A DNA stretch of 42,176 bases, from contig CAYTJT010000002.1 in NCBI GenBank assembly GCA_964438105.1, positions 1-42,176 of the forward strand. Direction: 5' to 3'. Numbering within the stretch: the stretch's first letter is position 1; each line of letters begins with the position of its first letter. The stretch comes from an uncultured Rhodothermales bacterium. Lineage in GTDB: Bacteria; Bacteroidota; Rhodothermia; Rhodothermales; JANQRZ01. Positions 38,395 through 42,176 of the stretch are shown here, piece by piece. Under the pieces are notes generated by a model. The model worked only from the letters and a program-made list of their open reading frames with translations. It was not told the origin of the DNA and searched no databases. A program made the position numbers and the translations under genes.

Positions 38395-39174
38395 ATGGAC
38401 CTCCACCTCGAAGGAAAAGCCGCCCTCGTCACCGGTGCCGCCTCCGGCATCGGCCGTGCCATCGCCGAAACCCTCGCCGCCGAAGGCGCGCGCGTCGTCG
38501 TCTCCGACCTCGACCGCGAAGCCGACGCCGGCCGCGCCGTGTGCGACGGGATCGCGGCGGCGGGCGGCGAGGCTCGTTTCATCGCCTGCGACGTGACCGA
38601 CGGCGCGGAGGTGCGCGCGCTCGTCGAGCAGACCGTCGAGGCGTACGGCCGGCTCGACGCCGCCGTCAACAACGCCGGCGTCGGGGGGGCGATGACCCCG
38701 ACGGGCGAGCTCGACGAGGCCGACTGGGACCGCGTGATGGCGGTCAACCTCCGCGGCGTCTGGCTCTGCATGAAGCACGAGCTCCAACACCTCCCGACGA
38801 GCGACACCGGGGGCGAGGGCGGTGCCATCGTCAACGTCGCTTCGATCCTCGGGCTCGTCGGGTTCGCGACGGCACCGGCCTACACGGCCGCCAAGCACGG
38901 CGTCGTCGGGCTGACGAAAGCGGCGGCGCTGGAGTACGGCTCCACCGGCATCCGCGTCAACACCGTCTGCCCCGGATTCGTCGAAACGCCGATGCTGAGC
39001 GACGCCGACCTCCTCGGCGACGAGGCGCGGCAGCAGCTCGAAGGGCTCCACGCGATGGAACGGCTCGGCAAACCCGGTGAGGTCGCCCGCCTCGCTGCGT
39101 GGCTTTGCTCGGACGCCGCCTCGTTCGTCACCGGCGCTTCGTACCTCGTCGACGGCGGCTACACCGCCCGTTAG
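38395..39174 (+). CDS. Short-chain dehydrogenase/reductase
   Basis: TGAASGIG, NNAG, YTAAKHG, VCPG, VDGG. Confidence 0.93.
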   Translation: MDLHLEGKAALVTGAASGIGRAIAETLAAEGARVVVSDLDREADAGRAVCDGIAAAGGEARFIACDVTDGAEVRALVEQTVEAYGRLDAAVNNAGVGGAMTPTGELDEADWDRVMAVNLRGVWLCMKHELQHLPTSDTGGEGGAIVNVASILGLVGFATAPAYTAAKHGVVGLTKAAALEYGSTGIRVNTVCPGFVETPMLSDADLLGDEARQQLEGLHAMERLGKPGEVARLAAWLCSDAASFVTGASYLVDGGYTAR

Positions 39175-39241
39175 AGCGGAGATACAGATTCTGTTCTCCG
39201 ACGCCGGGGTACCTGCGTCCATTGTAGTCGTCCTCATCGCC

Positions 39242-39269
39242 GTAGAGGCGCAACATGTTGCGTCTCTAC
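39242..39269. repeat. GTAG-family REP-like palindrome 1
   Basis: GTAGAGGCGCAAC-AT-GTTGCGTCTCTAC, one G:T mismatch. Confidence 0.7.
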
Positions 39270-39285
39270 CGACGGTCGAGGTGGG

Positions 39286-39334
39286 GCACCCTTATCGCTG
39301 CAAAGGCGCACCCTTATCGCTGCAAAGGCGCACC
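39286..39334. repeat. 22-bp tandem repeat x2.2 (gcacccttatcgctgcaaaggc)
   Basis: Copies at 39286 and 39308, partial copy at 39330. Confidence 0.85.
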
Positions 39335-39337
39335 GTG

Positions 39338-39364
39338 GTAGGGACATGGCGCGCCATGTCCTAC
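39338..39364. repeat. GTAG-family REP-like palindrome 2
   Basis: GTAGGGACATGGCGCGCCATGTCCTAC, one-base bulge. Confidence 0.7.
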
Positions 39365-39402
39365 GCCGAGGTTGCACCGAGCGGAGACTGGCCCCGGTCG
39401 TG

Positions 39403-39858
39403 CTAACTGCCCGGACTCGCCACGAGCAGGCCGGTCATCCACAGCGTGAGCCCGGCGCGGAGCGTCCACGCGAGCGTCCGCACCCAGTTCGTCGCGACGA
39501 GGCGTGCGTGCGCGTCGCCGTCGAACCCGGCCGAGAGGGTCGTGTGGAGGGGGACCTGCACGAGCGCCGTCGAGAGCCACACGACGCCGACGAGGGCGAG
39601 GCCGAGCCACACCATCCACGGCGGCACGGCGTCCGGCCGGAGCCACACGAGCGCGACGGCCGTGCCGAGTTCGAGCAGCATCGCCGGGAAGACGACGTAG
39701 GTGATCCGCACTTTGTGCGCCGCCTCGTACGCCCCGAACCCGTCGGCTCCGACGTTCGCGAAGAGGGGGTAGTGGACGAGCTGCACGACCCAGATCACCC
39801 CGAACATCGTGAGCGTCGCGAAGAGGTTCGCGAGGACGAGGCCCGGTCCGGCGCCCAT
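39403..39858 (-). CDS. Four-TM hypothetical membrane protein
   Basis: IWVVQLVHYPLF, QVPLH, LVATNWVRT; start overlaps the upstream stop. Confidence 0.75.
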   Translation of the reverse strand: MGAGPGLVLANLFATLTMFGVIWVVQLVHYPLFANVGADGFGAYEAAHKVRITYVVFPAMLLELGTAVALVWLRPDAVPPWMVWLGLALVGVVWLSTALVQVPLHTTLSAGFDGDAHARLVATNWVRTLAWTLRAGLTLWMTGLLVASPGS

Positions 39859-41114
39859 CACGCCGCGCCGAGGTCCTGCAGCACGGCCTCGGCGGCGCGG
39901 CGGCCCGACACCATCGCGCCGTTGATCGACGCGTTCGTGCGGTGGTCGCCGGCGACGTAGAGCCCGTCGGCGAGGCGGGCGGGGCGCTCGGGCGGGACGA
40001 GCGCGGGCGGCCCCTGCGCGGGCTGCGCGTGGAGGATGCGGTACGTCTTGAGCGGGCGCCACGCGTCCACTGCCGGACCGTACCACCGGCGGAGGTGGGC
40101 GCGCACGCGGGCCTCGATCTCGGCGTCCGCCTGCGACGGGTTGCCGATCACCGACACCGACACGAGCGACTGGCCGGCCGGGGCGTAGTGCGGCGAGACG
40201 TTGCTCATCACCGCGAGGTTGTTCACCGGCCCGTCGCCCTCGCCGTCGAGCACGAGCACGGGGTCGTCGGTGGGCGGCTCGGGCGCGGCGTAGTAGAGGC
40301 AGAGCACGCTGCGCGAGGCCGGCGGCTCGAACCGGTCGAGGAGGTAGGCCACCTCGGGTCCGTCCGTAGCGACGACGACGGCTTTCGCCTCGACCGTGCC
40401 GCCATGTTCGAGCGTGACCGAGCGCGGCGCGGCGTGCTGCACGCGCGTGTTGAGCTGCACGGTGTGGTCGGGCAGCCCGGCGGCGATCTGCTCGGGGATC
40501 CGCTGCATGCCGCGCGCGGGCACGGCCGTCTCGCCCTCGGTGAACATCCGGAAGTAGAACTCGAACGCCCGGCTGGAGGCGGCGAGCTCGCGGTCGAGGA
40601 GGATGCCGCCGAGGAACGGCTCGAAGAACCGCCGGATCATCACCTCGGAAAAACCGTAGCGCTCGCGCAAGGCTTGTCCGGTGGGGATCTCCGGCCGGGC
40701 CCAGAGCGCGTCGAGGCCGGGCGAGCGGACGGACTGCCGGAGCCGCAGCACGCGCAGCTTGTCGGCGAGCGTGCCGATGGGAGAGAACGCCGTCTGCGGC
40801 GCGGCGAGCGGCTCGCGCAGCGGGTCGGCCACGCGGTGGAAGGCCCCGTCGAAGCGGACGAGCGCGCCGTCGTAGAACGAGCGGAGGTCGAGCGCGTCGT
40901 AGTCGAGCACGCGCTGCGCCTCGGGGTACGCCGTCAGCAGGACCTGGAACCCGCGGTCGAGCAGGAAGCCCTCCACCTCGTCCGTCCGGACGCGCCCGCC
41001 GGTGCCGTCGGAGGCCTCGATCACCTTGAACGACACGCCGCGTCCGTTCAACTCGCGCGCGCAGCAGAGCCCGGCGAGGCCGGCGCCGACAATAAGCACG
41101 TCGTGGGTGGGCAT
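39858..41114 (-). CDS. FAD-dependent oxidoreductase (amine oxidase / protoporphyrinogen oxidase-like superfamily)
   Basis: IVGAGLAGL, EASDGTGGRV, DRGFQV, AGDH..SINGAMVSGRRAA. Confidence 0.9.
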   Translation of the reverse strand: MPTHDVLIVGAGLAGLCCARELNGRGVSFKVIEASDGTGGRVRTDEVEGFLLDRGFQVLLTAYPEAQRVLDYDALDLRSFYDGALVRFDGAFHRVADPLREPLAAPQTAFSPIGTLADKLRVLRLRQSVRSPGLDALWARPEIPTGQALRERYGFSEVMIRRFFEPFLGGILLDRELAASSRAFEFYFRMFTEGETAVPARGMQRIPEQIAAGLPDHTVQLNTRVQHAAPRSVTLEHGGTVEAKAVVVATDGPEVAYLLDRFEPPASRSVLCLYYAAPEPPTDDPVLVLDGEGDGPVNNLAVMSNVSPHYAPAGQSLVSVSVIGNPSQADAEIEARVRAHLRRWYGPAVDAWRPLKTYRILHAQPAQGPPALVPPERPARLADGLYVAGDHRTNASINGAMVSGRRAAEAVLQDLGAA

Positions 41115-41166
41115 GAATCGGCCGTCTTACTGCGTGGGGGGAGGGGCGCCGTCCGCCGGGCGTCGC

Positions 41167-41811
41167 TCAGCGGGGCAGGGTGACAGTATAGCCCTCGCGG
41201 AGTTCCGCCGCCGCGCCCGTGGGCGAGGTGAAGGTGATCGTGTACGAACGCCCGGCTTCGAGCGGCGGCGCCCCGACGGCCTCGCCCGATCGCAGGCGCT
41301 CGCGCACCGTGGCGACTTCGGCGCAGAGCGTGCCCCGCGCACGAACGACGGCGTACTGCCCTTCGCGGGCGAGTGGAAGCGAACGCGACGCGAGGTCCGG
41401 GTCGGCGATCCGTTCCAGCAAGAGGCCGACGTCGTACGTCCCGTCCGCGTCCGTCTCGCTGATGGTGATCGTCCCGAAGCGCTCCGACGGGTCGGCGGGC
41501 GAGGGGAGAAGGGTGTAGGTCAACGTCAGCCCGTCGCTCGCGGTCGAGAGGTCGAGCGCGCTCAGCCCGAGGTCCTGCAGCCCCGTCTCGCGCGCAGCCG
41601 TCGAGCCGAGAAGCTCGAAGGGGGTCGCTGGGTAGCGCCCGTTCGTCTCGTGGTAGAGCAGCGTCGTCGCGGCGAGCAGGCCGGGCGCGTCGAGCTGGGC
41701 GCCGAGGTCCACGGCCGCGCGGTCGAGGTCATCGGTCGAGGCCGCGTCGAGGCCGGCGCACCCGGAGATGAGCAGGGCCGCGGAGAGTACGAAGAGCGGG
41801 AGGCGGGGCAT
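41167..41811 (-). CDS. Hypothetical lipoprotein
   Basis: MPRLPLFVLSAALLISGC lipobox; host-like codon usage. Confidence 0.7.
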   Translation of the reverse strand: MPRLPLFVLSAALLISGCAGLDAASTDDLDRAAVDLGAQLDAPGLLAATTLLYHETNGRYPATPFELLGSTAARETGLQDLGLSALDLSTASDGLTLTYTLLPSPADPSERFGTITISETDADGTYDVGLLLERIADPDLASRSLPLAREGQYAVVRARGTLCAEVATVRERLRSGEAVGAPPLEAGRSYTITFTSPTGAAAELREGYTVTLPR

Positions 41812-41858
41812 ACGGTAGGGCGAAAGCGATGGGCGACGGATCAGGCGGGCGGGTCGTG

Positions 41859-42176
41859 TCACGTCTTGCCTAGCAGGTGGCGGAGGGCCGGTTCGAGGTG
41901 GGGATACGCGAAGGTAAAGCCGGAGTTCAGCAGGGCCTCAGGGACCATCCGGTTGCTTTTGAGCACGAGTTCGTCGGCCTCCTCGCCGGCGGCGAGGCGG
42001 ACGGCGGCGGCGGGCGCCTTCAGCCATACGGGGCGGCGCAGCACGCGGCCGAGCGTTGTGGCGAACGCGCGCTGCGTCGCGGGCTCGGGAGCGCCGAAGT
42101 TGACGGGCCCGCGCAGCGACGGGGTGGCGAGGAGGTGGAGGACCGCGTAGAGCACGTCGTCGAGGGCGATCCACGG
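41859..42176 (-). CDS. TIGR01777/YfcH family epimerase, 3' part (5' end outside window)
   Basis: WIALDD, GPVNFGAPEP, LGRVLRRP, GFTFAYPHLEPAL. Confidence 0.88.
   Translation of the reverse strand, partial: PWIALDDVLYAVLHLLATPSLRGPVNFGAPEPATQRAFATTLGRVLRRPVWLKAPAAAVRLAAGEEADELVLKSNRMVPEALLNSGFTFAYPHLEPALRHLLGKT

Noticed and set aside
39286-39334. Possible CRISPR array from short direct repeats (also 36614-36651)
   Set aside because: Repeats are directly adjacent with no spacers, only two copies, and no cas genes are present
39858-41114. Calling the flavoprotein HemY to complete the heme pathway
   Set aside because: Only generic FAD-binding motifs are visible, and it lies 34 kb from the hem cluster in an unrelated operon

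Overview
High-GC bacterial chromosomal segment. Gene content and style suggest Rhodothermota, for example Rubricoccaceae-like (inference). In order: a heme biosynthesis cluster (hemE partial, hemF, hemH, SAM methyltransferase, hemL) interrupted by one low-GC foreign ORF; aceK and a K+ channel; tRNA-Met; holB; a vWA + PP2C phosphatase + membrane-anchored kinase triad (TerY-P / YegLKI-like); an FGE-sulfatase lipoprotein gene with an in-frame TAA; a YegP remnant; a GT4 glycosyltransferase; a sodium:solute symporter; an uncalled 30-aa membrane peptide; ggt; a HAD hydrolase; a lipoprotein; a truncated Mut7-C RNase; a SnoaL-like protein; a TonB-dependent receptor; a porin-PhoU pair with a Pho-box-like repeat; a FadL pseudogene; tRNA-Asn and tRNA-Leu; an APC-USP fusion; a sugar cluster (SSS, SemiSWEET, Gfo/Idh/MocA, GH97); USP, CBS and SDR genes; a GTAG-type REP doublet; and a reverse-strand operon ending in a partial TIGR01777 gene. 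No integrase, transposase or CRISPR array was seen. All family calls come from motif recognition by eye, not database searches.
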